A DNA stretch of 64,000 bases from an uncultured delta proteobacterium. Lineage in GTDB: Bacteria; Desulfobacterota; Desulfobaccia; Desulfobaccales; 0-14-0-80-60-11. The notes beneath the pieces were generated by a model. It was not told the origin of the DNA. It saw only the letters and a list, made by a program, of their open reading frames with translations, and searched no databases. Position 1 is the stretch's first letter. Each line of letters starts with the position of its first letter. Made by a program: the position numbers and the translations under genes. Below are positions 50,118 to 60,104 of this stretch, one piece after another. The stretch spans positions 800,001-864,000 of the forward strand of contig CAWETI010000002.1 in assembly GCA_963812015.1 (NCBI GenBank). The letters are read 5' to 3'.

Positions 50118-50726
50118 ATGAAGATTGCTTTCTTTGATTTTGACGGCACGATAACTGCCCGGGACAGCTTTATCGATTTCCTCATCTATGCCACCGGCTA
50201 TCTCAATTTTATCGCCGGGCTGTGCATCTTAAGTCCTGCCTTGCTGGCCTTCAAATGTAACTTCATCCCCAATTGGCGAGCCAAGGAAATCGTCCTGAGT
50301 CATTTTTTTAAGTCCTGGGAGCTGGAAGAATTTCGGACCCTGGCCTCGAAATACGCCAGAGAGAGATTGCCCCGGATCATCCGCACAACCGCGATGCAGA
50401 GAATTGCCTGGCATAAATCCCAGGGTGACCGGGTGGTGGTAGTCACCGCGGCGATTGACTGCTGGATCATGGATTGGTGCGGCCGGAATGGGCTGGATTT
50501 GCTGGCCACCCAACTGGAGGTGGCCGAGGGCAGATTGACCGGGAGGCTGGGCACCAAGAATTGCTACGGCCCGGAGAAGGTCAGGAGGATCAAAGCCGCC
50601 TATAACCTGGAGGAATTTAGCCGGATCTACGCCTATGGCGACAGCCCGGGCGACCGGGAGATGCTGGCCCTGGCGGATTGCGCCCATCTGGTTTCCGGCA
50701 AGGGCATTTCCCCGGTTTTACCCTAA
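50118..50726 (+). CDS. HAD-IB family phosphatase
   Basis: FFDFDGTIT, NCYGPEK, AYGDSPGDREML. Confidence 0.9.
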   Translation: MKIAFFDFDGTITARDSFIDFLIYATGYLNFIAGLCILSPALLAFKCNFIPNWRAKEIVLSHFFKSWELEEFRTLASKYARERLPRIIRTTAMQRIAWHKSQGDRVVVVTAAIDCWIMDWCGRNGLDLLATQLEVAEGRLTGRLGTKNCYGPEKVRRIKAAYNLEEFSRIYAYGDSPGDREMLALADCAHLVSGKGISPVLP

Positions 50727-50805
50727 CCGCCGCCAGCCGTGGTGGAGAGGCCCCCGGTTTTGGACCATTGGGGTGGGGAAAATTCGCCGCTTCCCAACCA
50801 ACGGA

Positions 50806-51099
50806 TCAGGAATTCTTTTGCCGGCGGGCTTCAAGCCTCGCTTTCAGCTCCGCCATGTGCTCCGGCCCGGGATCTTCAACCGGGCAGATGGGATAAAAGG
50901 TGCACCAATGCCGATGGCAGTACCCGGAGCACCGCAGATAGCAGTCCGGGTTGCCTTCCTTGCTCTGCTGTCTGCGAAACGCGTCCGCAAAGGCCAGCCT
51001 GGCGTGGGAGAGACATAACCCATGGCTGTAACCGCTCACCCCGGGCTCCGGCTCACCCCAAACCTTATCACAGCCTTGCCAAATGCATTTGTAAAGCAT
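50806..51099 (-). CDS. Small Cys/His-rich hypothetical protein (probable metal binder)
   Basis: CIWQGC...SHGLCLSH and QSKEGNPDCYLRCSGYCHRHWCTFYPIC; purine-rich SD. Confidence 0.65.
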   Translation of the reverse strand: MLYKCIWQGCDKVWGEPEPGVSGYSHGLCLSHARLAFADAFRRQQSKEGNPDCYLRCSGYCHRHWCTFYPICPVEDPGPEHMAELKARLEARRQKNS

Positions 51100-51363
51100 G
51101 GCCCCCCCCTTTGGAGCACTCCCCCGAATGCTCCAAGGTACTTCCATACTTTATTCTTTACCTCTGGTTGCACATCCAGTCAAGCATTCACCTATCCCCG
51201 AAACCTCTGGTGAGACGTGCGCCAGGGGGTTTGGGGGAGGATGAGGGAGCTCACCCGCCAAGCGTTCCGCTGAGCTAGCCTAAGTAGTCTTGACATGGCG
51301 CAGACAAAGAGGGCTCTGGTTTCGACTTTTTCCCTGATGGCAATCCCTTCGAGAAAAGTTGCC

Positions 51364-51804
51364 TTAAACCGCGGCCTTCCTTCTCCCTCCCTTCGCTCCC
51401 AATCCTCTCTCCTTGGCCAGTTTGCTCCGCTGTTCGGAATAATCTTTGCACACCAGGGGGTATTTTTTGGGATCCAAGCCAAATTTCTTGAAATACTCTT
51501 TCGGTATAAGATTGTGAGCCTTGCGCAAATGGGTCTTCAAGGTCTTCATCTTTTTACCGCATTCCAGGCAGACCACGTATTTGGCCTTGACGATGTCTTT
51601 CAGAGGGATTGACGGTTTTATTACCCCTCCGGCAGCTTCGGCCTTTGCCGCGACTGGCTCCCCTAACTCCCCCCCGCCATCCAGAGAAGACAAGACACTG
51701 AACACCTCTTTAATTTCATCCACCAATTGCTCGGTGCTAAGCTCGGTCATGGAGGCATGGGAAATAACGATCTCGGTGGTTAATTTAAGCACTTCGCTGG
51801 CCAT
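51364..51804 (-). CDS. mucR: MucR/Ros-family zinc-finger transcriptional regulator
   Basis: VVCLECGKKMKTLKTHLRKAH...YSEQRSKLAKERGLG; SD AAGGAG. Confidence 0.92.
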   Translation of the reverse strand: MASEVLKLTTEIVISHASMTELSTEQLVDEIKEVFSVLSSLDGGGELGEPVAAKAEAAGGVIKPSIPLKDIVKAKYVVCLECGKKMKTLKTHLRKAHNLIPKEYFKKFGLDPKKYPLVCKDYSEQRSKLAKERGLGAKGGRRKAAV

Positions 51805-52074
51805 GAACATCACTCCTTTTTGTTTAGCGGGATTAAGTGCAATTACCGTGTAATGTTCATCACTCACATTATAATGTCAAGGATTTTATCGTATATAGTC
51901 GATTATCTTTTATCTTTGCGTTTGGCTGAGCCCAGTTCATGCGATTTTTTAAAAAAGCTGGTTTGAGAATAGAACAGTGCCATAATATAAAAGGATGTCA
52001 GCGCCTGCACCTATGGTGAGATTTCACCTGGGTCGCTGAATTCCCCTTATTCTTATCCAAACGGAGGCCATTAC

Positions 52075-52407
52075 ATGCCTTATATTGCCCAGCAGCATCG
52101 CCAGGCCCTCGATCCCCTCATTGATGAACTGGCGGGGCGCATTGTCCGTGAAGCCCGGTCGTTCGACTACGATGGGGCCTTTGCGGGTCTATTGAATTAC
52201 ACCTGCACCCGTTTAGCCCTGCAGGTGGTGCGTCAGCAATTCGGGGCCATGCGCTATTGGCTCATCGCTTTGCTGAGCGGCACCTTCAGAAACATCGGCG
52301 ACGAATTCTACCGCCGGATTGCCGAGCCCTACGAAAACCGGCAGATTGAGAAAAGCGGGGATGTGGACCTGTATCGAGACTATGAGTTGGAGATCGAAAA
52401 AACCTGA
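52075..52407 (+). CDS. Hypothetical protein (DUF6899-like)
   Basis: MPYI..., GLLNY, EFYRRIAEPYE...GDV pattern; SD GGAGG. Confidence 0.65.
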   Translation: MPYIAQQHRQALDPLIDELAGRIVREARSFDYDGAFAGLLNYTCTRLALQVVRQQFGAMRYWLIALLSGTFRNIGDEFYRRIAEPYENRQIEKSGDVDLYRDYELEIEKT

Positions 52408-52444
52408 GTTTCGCTCCCCTACCTTAACTGAGGAGACCATTTTG

Positions 52445-52864
52445 ATGGCTACGTTGGAAAAGGCTATCTCCATCGCGCTCTGCGCCCATCAAGGGCAAAA
52501 AGATCAGGCCGGGGCCCCATACATTTTGCATCCCCTCAGGGTTATGTTGAAGATGGATTCTGAGGAAGAAATGATGGCCGCGGTCCTCCACGACACCATT
52601 GAAGATACCGCTTGGACTCTTGAAGACCTGGAGCACGAGGGATTTCCCAAGGAATTATTAGAGGTTCTCGATCAGGTAACCCGGAGAACCGGGGAGCCCT
52701 ATGAGGAATTCATCGTCAGAGCCCAGGTTAACCCCATGGCCCGTAAGATCAAATTGGCAGACCTCGAAGATAATCTGGACTGCACCCGGATCAGGCAGAT
52801 AACGGAACCGGACTTGGCCAGAATAAAGCGCTATCATGCGGCATGGTGGTCTTTAAAGACCTGA
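52445..52864 (+). CDS. Small HD-domain protein, (p)ppGpp-hydrolase (Mesh1/SAH)-like
   Basis: AHQGQKD..G.PYILHPLRV, LHDTIEDT, IKLADLEDN; SD GAGGAG. Confidence 0.85.
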   Translation: MATLEKAISIALCAHQGQKDQAGAPYILHPLRVMLKMDSEEEMMAAVLHDTIEDTAWTLEDLEHEGFPKELLEVLDQVTRRTGEPYEEFIVRAQVNPMARKIKLADLEDNLDCTRIRQITEPDLARIKRYHAAWWSLKT

Positions 52865-53063
52865 CCGCCCGGCAGGGCATAATCGCTCCAGGCCTCATAA
52901 GGAGCGTCCGGTCCGGCTGGATGGGTGGGTTAGCCGCTCACCCCGCCGGGGGCAGCTTGCCCCCCCTAAAAAAAGGGACGCGTTCAGCACTCTTCCGAAG
53001 ATCATCCCCGAAGCGACTGCAGCCTGACCCAACCTCGATTTCCCGCCTCCGCTTTTCCCGCTA

Positions 53064-53298
53064 AGTACAGTGGTTCATAAATACGGTAACGTATTTCTTA
53101 CTCCATGAAGATCACTTCCCCCTCACCCTGACCCTCTCCCCCATTGGGGGAGAGGGGAAAAGATGGGACCGATTTGATGCTCTGCCATCATAAAAAACCC
53201 GGCGACCTAACCTACCCCCTCTCCCTCCGCTTCGGGGGGAGAGGGTTGGGGTGAGGGGGGCGATATCTGACGTTAGCGTATTTATAAAATCCTGTACT
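53064..53298. mobile_element. MITE-like element with ~30-bp terminal inverted repeats enclosing two inverted GC-rich palindromes
   Basis: Left CTAAGTACAGTGGTTCATAAATACGGTAACGT vs reverse complement of right CTCAGTACAGGATTTTATAAATACGCTAACGT (26/32); internal CCCTCACCC...CCCTCTCCCCC-ATT-GGGGGAGAGGG and an inverted counterpart. Confidence 0.75.
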
Positions 53299-53517
53299 GA
53301 GGTGATTTTGATGGCCGCCTGAGGCCATTACCGAGAAACCATCAATTTCACCATTCCAAAATCAGTATATCTCCGGATGCCTCTTTTCATTCCCTGGGAG
53401 TATTTTTAATTCACCCTAAGGAACAGGAGCACCTATGCGAACCATATCGGGAAATTTGCCGCACAGAGATAAATCCCAAAATTCGTTGTTGGCATTTCAG
53501 CCAGGAGAACCGACCCC

Positions 53518-53709
53518 ATGGAGAGGCATAAAATTAAAAGGGAGATTGTGGCGGTATTTATGGAAAGCCCATTCTATTTCACCATACCGGTCAAAAAGAG
53601 GCTGGAATTCATAAAATTCTTTTCTCAAAAACCGGTTTATCTTCACGTCGGGAATTTAAACCAGCCCCAGATGGCAAAACGCGGCAGCAAAATCGCGGAC
53701 CCGAGGTGA
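53518..53709 (+). CDS. Small hypothetical protein
   Basis: SD AGGAG; FMESPFYFTIPVKKRLEFIK amphipathic pattern. Confidence 0.5.
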   Translation: MERHKIKREIVAVFMESPFYFTIPVKKRLEFIKFFSQKPVYLHVGNLNQPQMAKRGSKIADPR

Positions 53710-53843
53710 AATTTGACCTTGCACCGGTTACCTCAGGGCAATTGGGGTAGCGTGGTCCCGGCGCCAATCGGCCGGAGCAAATCTTGCCCACGCCGAGACC
53801 CCGCCGCCTTAAGCCTTTCCGCCCCCCGTCCCGCCTCGGCCCC

Positions 53844-54794
53844 TCACGCCCCGATCCGTTTGATCAAACTTTTGGTCAGTCTCAGGGGATGGAAATTGAG
53901 GGAGCGGAGGGTGGCCGGAACCCGAAACCCTGTGGCATCAAAAGCCTGGAGCGGCTCCAGGGGGTAAACAATCTCGCCGGGTTTGACCCCGGGAAGCCCC
54001 TGGTTGCACGCCTCCTGCCAGATGGGCACGTCCCCGGGTTTAAGGCCCAGGAGGGTGAAGACCGCCGTGTCCAGGGCGACGGCTGAAGGCGAGGCCGCCA
54101 GCAGTCCCAGGCTAAAAGGCTCGCCATCCACCGGCCCTCCCCCCTGCATCGCCACCACTGCGTCCATCAGTGACATGGCGGGCGGCAGGTGCCGGGTGAG
54201 CTCGATGATCATTTTTTCGAAACGGTTGCCCCGGCCCCCATAGATGAAATGGAGCAGCGCCTTGCGCACGCTGGAAACGCAGCCGAAGAAATTTTTTACC
54301 GCCCCGGTGACTCGCACCATCCGGTGGGTCTTAAGCTTGGGAAGGTTGAGGATAAAATCCTGTTCCAGGGCCCGGCGGGAGATGCCCACGATCCCGCCGG
54401 GAAAGGATAAGCGGATCATTTTGGGTTGGTCAAGATTGATCAGCGCCACGGGGAGATCCGCCAGGGCCCGCTGGAGGCCGATTTTTCGCGCCACTTTTAT
54501 CCCGCTTGAGAACGACGGGGAATCTCCCACCGACACCCTGGTGCCGCACTCCAACAAGTACTGGCAGGCGGCCCTGACCACCCGGGGGTGGGTGCAAGGA
54601 AGAAAATCAGGCGGCTTGGGCGCCAAAAGATTCGGCTTGACCAGAACCTTGGCCCCCGGCTGGGGCCGGCAGGCGATGCTTTCCAGGAGGGACCCCACCA
54701 CGCCGGGTAAAGACGGGGATTCGTAGTCAGGACAATGGGCCAGGGCTACCGGAATGGCGACTGGCATATCGGTTTTATCCACACCCGTCACCAT
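53844..54794 (-). CDS. DUF362-domain protein
   Basis: VLVKPNLL, THPRVV, VGDSP, NLPKLKTH, TGAVKNFFG, DAVVAMQGGGP; start uncertain (54794 or 54767). Confidence 0.88.
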   Translation of the reverse strand: MVTGVDKTDMPVAIPVALAHCPDYESPSLPGVVGSLLESIACRPQPGAKVLVKPNLLAPKPPDFLPCTHPRVVRAACQYLLECGTRVSVGDSPSFSSGIKVARKIGLQRALADLPVALINLDQPKMIRLSFPGGIVGISRRALEQDFILNLPKLKTHRMVRVTGAVKNFFGCVSSVRKALLHFIYGGRGNRFEKMIIELTRHLPPAMSLMDAVVAMQGGGPVDGEPFSLGLLAASPSAVALDTAVFTLLGLKPGDVPIWQEACNQGLPGVKPGEIVYPLEPLQAFDATGFRVPATLRSLNFHPLRLTKSLIKRIGA

Positions 54795-54862
54795 AACCCC
54801 GGCCGGCGTCAGGAGCCCTAAATTTGCTCAGCAGGACCACCTCCCCTGACCGGCTCCCGGGT

Positions 54863-55630
54863 CTATTTAAGGGTAACAAACCGGTCGACCCAAGATGGCG
54901 GCAAAAGGGACAACAGATAGACCACGGCCGGGATTGGCTGGGGAAAGCGGATCCGGGCCTTATTTTGGGCCAGGCCGCGTTTGATGATCCTGGCGGCGCG
55001 CTCGGCGCTGACGCGAAAGGGCATGGGGTAGGGATTATCATCAGTCAAAGCGGTTTTGACAAATCCCGGGATAATGACGGAAACCCCGATATTCTCCCGG
55101 AGGAGTCGCCCCCGGAGACCTTCCGCGTAGGCCCAAATTGCCGATTTGGTGGCGCAATAAGAAGGGGCCACGGCAAATCCCCGGAACCCCGCCTGCGAAC
55201 TCATCAAGGCAATCTGGCCCCGTTGGCGTTTTCTCATCCGGGGCAGAATCGGCTCAATGGTGTTGAGCATGCCATCCAGGTTGATGGCAAAAACCGCCCG
55301 GATTTCCTCAGGCGTTTCCTCCTGCTGGACGGTGCCATGGGAAATGCCCGCCAGGACGATGACCAGATCAAGGGGCTGCACCGCGTCCGCTTCGGTAATC
55401 CAGGCCGCCATGGCGTTGCGGTCCGTGACATCCACCACGGTGCCGGCAACTGTCGCCCCCATAGCGCGGCATTCATCCGTGAGGCTTTCCAGTCGCCGGG
55501 CATCCAGGTCGCCCAGAAATAAATGATTACCCGGAGCGGCATAGACCCGGGTCAAGGCTGAGCCGATGCCTCCGGCGGCCCCGGTTATCAGGATTGATGT
55601 CGGCCTGTGGTCCAATTTTCGGGAACTCAT
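54863..55630 (-). CDS. SDR-family oxidoreductase
   Basis: TGAAGGIG, MSSQAG, YCATK, PGFVKT. Confidence 0.9.
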   Translation of the reverse strand: MSSRKLDHRPTSILITGAAGGIGSALTRVYAAPGNHLFLGDLDARRLESLTDECRAMGATVAGTVVDVTDRNAMAAWITEADAVQPLDLVIVLAGISHGTVQQEETPEEIRAVFAINLDGMLNTIEPILPRMRKRQRGQIALMSSQAGFRGFAVAPSYCATKSAIWAYAEGLRGRLLRENIGVSVIIPGFVKTALTDDNPYPMPFRVSAERAARIIKRGLAQNKARIRFPQPIPAVVYLLSLLPPSWVDRFVTLK

Positions 55631-55887
55631 CCGTAATCCTTGCCGGCGCGCTCATACGACTGCCACGGTGCGCCTTTCTCTCATCGGTGTTAAGAGAGCC
55701 TCTCAGCCTCTCCCGCCAGTTGGCGCAAAATCTCAACCGGTAGCGCCTATTATAATCGCCGGACACATGAATGCCAACCCTGATCCGCAGGTTGGTCACG
55801 GGCCGTCGGCTTGAGCCCTGGGTGGGTAATCAACGCCAGTCCCGCCCAGATCCGGGCAAATCCGCTCCGGACGGATAGCTAACCCGG

Positions 55888-57534
55888 CTAAGGCGCGGCG
55901 GCGGCAACGTAAAGATTGCCCAATGGGTGCCATTTGAGAAAGTAGGTTCCCTGGGGGAAGAACCTGGTTTCCAGAAGCGCCCCGGAGATGCCCGGTTTGC
56001 TTTGATCGAAGATGAAGTTCCCCAAAGAAAATGCCAGGCAAGCCTGCCGGTGGCCGATGAGGGTCCCGGCCCGATGGGTATGGCTGCCCATGATCAGCTC
56101 CACCCCTTTTCCCGTCAGGACCGAGATGAGGGCGTTTTCCCGGGGACCAGGCTCCTGGGAGTACTCCCGCCCCCAATGGAGGAAGGCAAAGAGGGGTTTC
56201 TCCCGACTGACCCCGTCAAGGCCGCCCAAACTTTCCCGGCGGAGCAGGGCAATTTTTTGGGGGGCCTGGTTATCCACATCCGTAAACGCGGCTAAACGAA
56301 AATCCCCAAAATCGCTGATATCCCCGTTTTCCAGGGGCGTGATGCCGGCAGCCTTGAGCAACCCGACCATGGTCTGGTAGGGGGCGGGGCCGAAATCCCG
56401 GCTGTGGTTATTGGCCAGGCTGACTGCCCGGACGTTGAGCCTTTGCAAGAGGGGCAAGGCCAAACCGGCCTCCATACAGAGGTCGAAGGGCCCCAAATCC
56501 TGCCGACATTCCGGCATGACCACGCCTTCCAGATTAACGATCAACCTGGCCCCCCCGGTTACCCCAAGGACGTGGGCCACCAGGTTTGCCGTGGCGTCGG
56601 TGTCGGCCAGTTTTTTCGCCACATAGCGGCCGAAGAAGGTGTCACCGCCGAAGAACCAGCGCTCCCCTCCCGCCACGGCCAAATTCTCGGGACTGTAAAG
56701 CTGCACGATGTAGCTCGTGGTCTTTTCCAGGGGTTCGGTGGTGTACGCTTGCGAGTTGCGGTTGGCGGTAACGGTGAGGCTGGCCCGGAAAACTTCGCCT
56801 TGCAGGCGCAGTTGCAGGTACTGGGCCCCTTTCGAGTCCAGATGGGCCGGTTCGCACAGGCTCATGACCTCCTCAGGATCGCCCCCGCTCAAAACCCGCA
56901 AGGTTTCCTGGTCATGGCGTCGGGCTGCCGCGGCGGGCAGGTAATGGGAAAAGTCCGTGCTCTGGATGATGAGGGTGTCAGGGGTCAACAGCGGCGTCAG
57001 GGTCAGGGCCAGGGCGCGCCACTGGGCCGGCGTGGCGGAGTAGCGGATGGCCAGGGCCACGATCTTGGCCTCGGGAAAATGATGGGCCACGAACGGCAAG
57101 AGGGCCTGGACGCCATGCTCGTGGGAGAAGAGATTGGAGGGGGAAACCGACGTATTCTCAAGAAGTTGGCCAACTGCCGCCCCGTCGGTGATTAGGGGTC
57201 CCAGCACGGTCTGAAAATTTCTCCGGGCCACCGCAAAGGGAGTGCGGCTCCGGGAGAAATGGTCGGGGCTCAGGATGATGATGCGGCGGTAGCCCTGGGT
57301 GGAGATCCGGGCGAAGGCCTCGGCTATGAGGTCCGCGGCCAGGAGATGGTGAGGGACGGTGATGCCGGTGATTTTTTGAGCCAGGGGTGCGGCCCCGGCG
57401 TGCTCTATGGCGGTCAGAAAAGGTTGCGCCTCGACGAAGAGGGGCGGGAAAGGGCCCCCGCCGGTGGAGTCCGGCGCGCCGCTACAGGAGAGGAGCACTA
57501 ACCAGCAAGCGATCACCGCATAAGCCCGGCCCAT
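55888..57534 (-). CDS. Lipoprotein fusing a Memo/AmmeMemoRadiSam-B domain and a CapA (PGA_cap) metallophosphoesterase domain
   Basis: Lipobox-like LLSC; VPHH, SPDH, EHG, STDFSHYL (Memo); GGDTFFGR, NLEG, LANNHSRD, HWGREY, GSHTH, SLGNFIFD (CapA). Confidence 0.85.
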   Translation of the reverse strand: MGRAYAVIACWLVLLSCSGAPDSTGGGPFPPLFVEAQPFLTAIEHAGAAPLAQKITGITVPHHLLAADLIAEAFARISTQGYRRIIILSPDHFSRSRTPFAVARRNFQTVLGPLITDGAAVGQLLENTSVSPSNLFSHEHGVQALLPFVAHHFPEAKIVALAIRYSATPAQWRALALTLTPLLTPDTLIIQSTDFSHYLPAAAARRHDQETLRVLSGGDPEEVMSLCEPAHLDSKGAQYLQLRLQGEVFRASLTVTANRNSQAYTTEPLEKTTSYIVQLYSPENLAVAGGERWFFGGDTFFGRYVAKKLADTDATANLVAHVLGVTGGARLIVNLEGVVMPECRQDLGPFDLCMEAGLALPLLQRLNVRAVSLANNHSRDFGPAPYQTMVGLLKAAGITPLENGDISDFGDFRLAAFTDVDNQAPQKIALLRRESLGGLDGVSREKPLFAFLHWGREYSQEPGPRENALISVLTGKGVELIMGSHTHRAGTLIGHRQACLAFSLGNFIFDQSKPGISGALLETRFFPQGTYFLKWHPLGNLYVAAAAP

Positions 57535-59925
57535 CTAGTGGACCGTCAGGCCCTTATACCAGAAGTTCTTCGGCGGCAACTGGGGAGGGGTCTTATACAC
57601 CCGGGCCTGCCAGTCCCCATCCGCATAACGGGTAGCCAGGGGGCCGGTGAACTCATAGTGGTTGAAAGCCACCCCGACGGTAAGGCGGCTTGAACCATCG
57701 TTGCCTACCAGGGCCAGGATAAAGTAGGGTTGGCTCGTGGCTTCATAAAGAATCTGGCCCTTCACGGCGTCGGTGTGAATATCGGCGATGAGACCCGCAC
57801 GCTTTTCCTTCTCTGCCAGCACGGCGCCCTCGTCGAACGGCGCGGCCAGGTAAGAGAGGTTCTCATGCCGGAGCTCTTCGTATTCCGCCTCGCTGAGCGG
57901 AGCGCCCTGCAGTTCCTTGACCGCCAGGGCAGTGTAGAAATCTACCCTGCCTTTGCACCTGGTCAACCGGCCGAATTCTTCCCGTTCACCCTTGAAAAGG
58001 CCGTATTTCTCGAACCCCGCGGCGGTATAGGCTACCAGACGCCCGAGTTCTTGCCAGAAAGCGAGGTTAGGCTCCACAAACCCTTTGGGCACCGGCGGGA
58101 GCGTCTCTTCATTCGAGCCGTCGCCTGCCTCCGCAAAGCTCTGTTTGACGTAAAGCAAGGTGTCGTGTTTGAGTTCGGCGTACGACCCCAGAAAAGTTTG
58201 CAGTTGCTTCACCCTGAAAAGCTTCCCCTGCATGTACAGGGGATAGCCGGGGCCGTAAGATCCCGACAGGGTCCCCAACAGTTTCAGCCAGGCCGCGCCC
58301 ACGGAGCTGTACCACTCCACGTCTTGCACCTTCTTGAGATCCCCCGCCACTTCATCCAGTCTGCCGTAAAACCCGGCCACCTCTTCGGCGGAAAATGGCG
58401 GGGCCTCTTGCTTTAAAAAGGCGCCGGCAAACTCCCGCGCCACGTTATCCCCCAACGCCGCCGGGACGAACAGGGCCGAGGGGGTGGATGGCAGGCGCAC
58501 CATTGTCTTCTCGGCCCCGCCGCTTAGGCGGTTCAATACCCAGCCGTCGAACGTGAAGCGCTGGCCGAAAATCCGAAAGGCCTTGGCGGCTTCTAACAGT
58601 TCCGCCTTGGTCCGATCAGGCATGTTTGGACTGATGATGACGTCGGACAGGATCCGGGGGGGGCTGAGTTCCCCTAAGTGCTGGGCAATTTTGGTCAACA
58701 CCTCCGGATTGATTGCGTCTGCGGGAGAAAATTTCGCCGGGTCCAGGACCTTGACGACGAAGTCCCGCCACTCCGGGTAACAGATATCGTCCGGCGACCC
58801 GGCGTAGAAGGTAGTGATCTCCATGATCTTCTGCCAGTCCTTGAGCAGGGGCTGGCCCCCGGCCCCGGGGCTCGCCAGCACGCAGGCCACCAGGAGGGCA
58901 TCCGAAATTCCCTCGGGTTTTCCCAGGAGATAGCTGTTGCGCCCCAAATACATCATGGCCCGGAAATAGCCCCGCAAAAGAGAGCATTTGGCGTAGTGGC
59001 TCCGGGGGGTGAACTGGGTGTAATCGGTTTTCAGTTCGCCATCTGGGGCATACTGGCCGTAAAGGGGCGAGACGGCCGGCTCGGAGGCTTGATAAATGTT
59101 CCTGATCTCCTGGGCCATCCGCCCAAAGACCTCCGGGGAGAACTGCTTTTGGTACTTTTCCAGCCCCTGCAAGGCGCCTTCCAGGGTTTCGGGGATGTCG
59201 GGTTTGTCGGCTAAGTCCTGCTCGCTTTGAGCCGTCTTGCGCCTCTCTTCATAGGACACGGCCCACTGGGAGTTCTCCAGGATGACCAGGGGCACCGTCA
59301 GTTGCGCGGCCACCACTTCATAGCGGGCCGCCAGTTTGCCGCTGGCTTGGTCCCGGTATTTGAGGGCCGCGGCCTGGGCCTGCTGCAAAAAGTGGCGAAG
59401 CAGGGGGGCCAAGTCGAATTTTTCCAGATATTCCAAAGAGTTTTCAAAATATTTGTGGAACGCGTGGAGCAGGACGTCGGGGGTAACCAGGCGCGCATTT
59501 TCCGGCTTCCGCATTTCCGCAGTCCAGGCCCCGCCAACCGCGTCGAACATACCCAACATTTCGTCCCACTCCCACTCGGGAGACACTTGCCCCTTAAACC
59601 GGGTGGCTCGTCTGGAAATCAGCAGGAACTTGTGCTCGTTGAGGAACTTTTTCTGGCCGGCGGTGAGCTTGACCCCAAGCAATTTCATCACCCCCTTATA
59701 GTTCGCGGCTTTGTCCACCGTGGTGGCGCTGTCTTTAAGTGCCGGGGTGACCTCGAGGCTTTGCCGGGGCGGCACCTCCGCGAAGGCCGAAAGCTTGACT
59801 TCCGGGAGGATAAGACTCGGCACGCCGGCCGCGGCGCTCGGCCCCACCTGGCCCGCAGTTGCCAGCAGACCGGTCAGAACCATGAGGGTCAGTTTTGCCC
59901 AGAGAGATTGGGGATGAGCGTTCAT
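57535..59925 (-). CDS. DUF3160-domain exported protein
   Basis: Signal peptide; DYTQFTPRSHY, YFRAMMYLGR, FRIFGQRFTFD, SYAELKHDTLLYVKQ, GFVEPN, IADIHT; SD GGAAGG before ATG 59925. Confidence 0.85.
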   Translation of the reverse strand: MNAHPQSLWAKLTLMVLTGLLATAGQVGPSAAAGVPSLILPEVKLSAFAEVPPRQSLEVTPALKDSATTVDKAANYKGVMKLLGVKLTAGQKKFLNEHKFLLISRRATRFKGQVSPEWEWDEMLGMFDAVGGAWTAEMRKPENARLVTPDVLLHAFHKYFENSLEYLEKFDLAPLLRHFLQQAQAAALKYRDQASGKLAARYEVVAAQLTVPLVILENSQWAVSYEERRKTAQSEQDLADKPDIPETLEGALQGLEKYQKQFSPEVFGRMAQEIRNIYQASEPAVSPLYGQYAPDGELKTDYTQFTPRSHYAKCSLLRGYFRAMMYLGRNSYLLGKPEGISDALLVACVLASPGAGGQPLLKDWQKIMEITTFYAGSPDDICYPEWRDFVVKVLDPAKFSPADAINPEVLTKIAQHLGELSPPRILSDVIISPNMPDRTKAELLEAAKAFRIFGQRFTFDGWVLNRLSGGAEKTMVRLPSTPSALFVPAALGDNVAREFAGAFLKQEAPPFSAEEVAGFYGRLDEVAGDLKKVQDVEWYSSVGAAWLKLLGTLSGSYGPGYPLYMQGKLFRVKQLQTFLGSYAELKHDTLLYVKQSFAEAGDGSNEETLPPVPKGFVEPNLAFWQELGRLVAYTAAGFEKYGLFKGEREEFGRLTRCKGRVDFYTALAVKELQGAPLSEAEYEELRHENLSYLAAPFDEGAVLAEKEKRAGLIADIHTDAVKGQILYEATSQPYFILALVGNDGSSRLTVGVAFNHYEFTGPLATRYADGDWQARVYKTPPQLPPKNFWYKGLTVH

Positions 59926-60104
59926 AGGATTCCCTTCCTGTGGATTGGCCTGGCGGAGGTCGCCTGTAAGAAGCTGATCGCCTCGCGTCTCATCCCCGCC
60001 TTGCCGCAGCCATGATAGCACAAAATGATCAAATGTTGGGCCGGATTTGGGGCAGACTGGATTATCAACCACCGGGGAGCGCTTATAGAGGCAGAATTGT
60101 TTTG

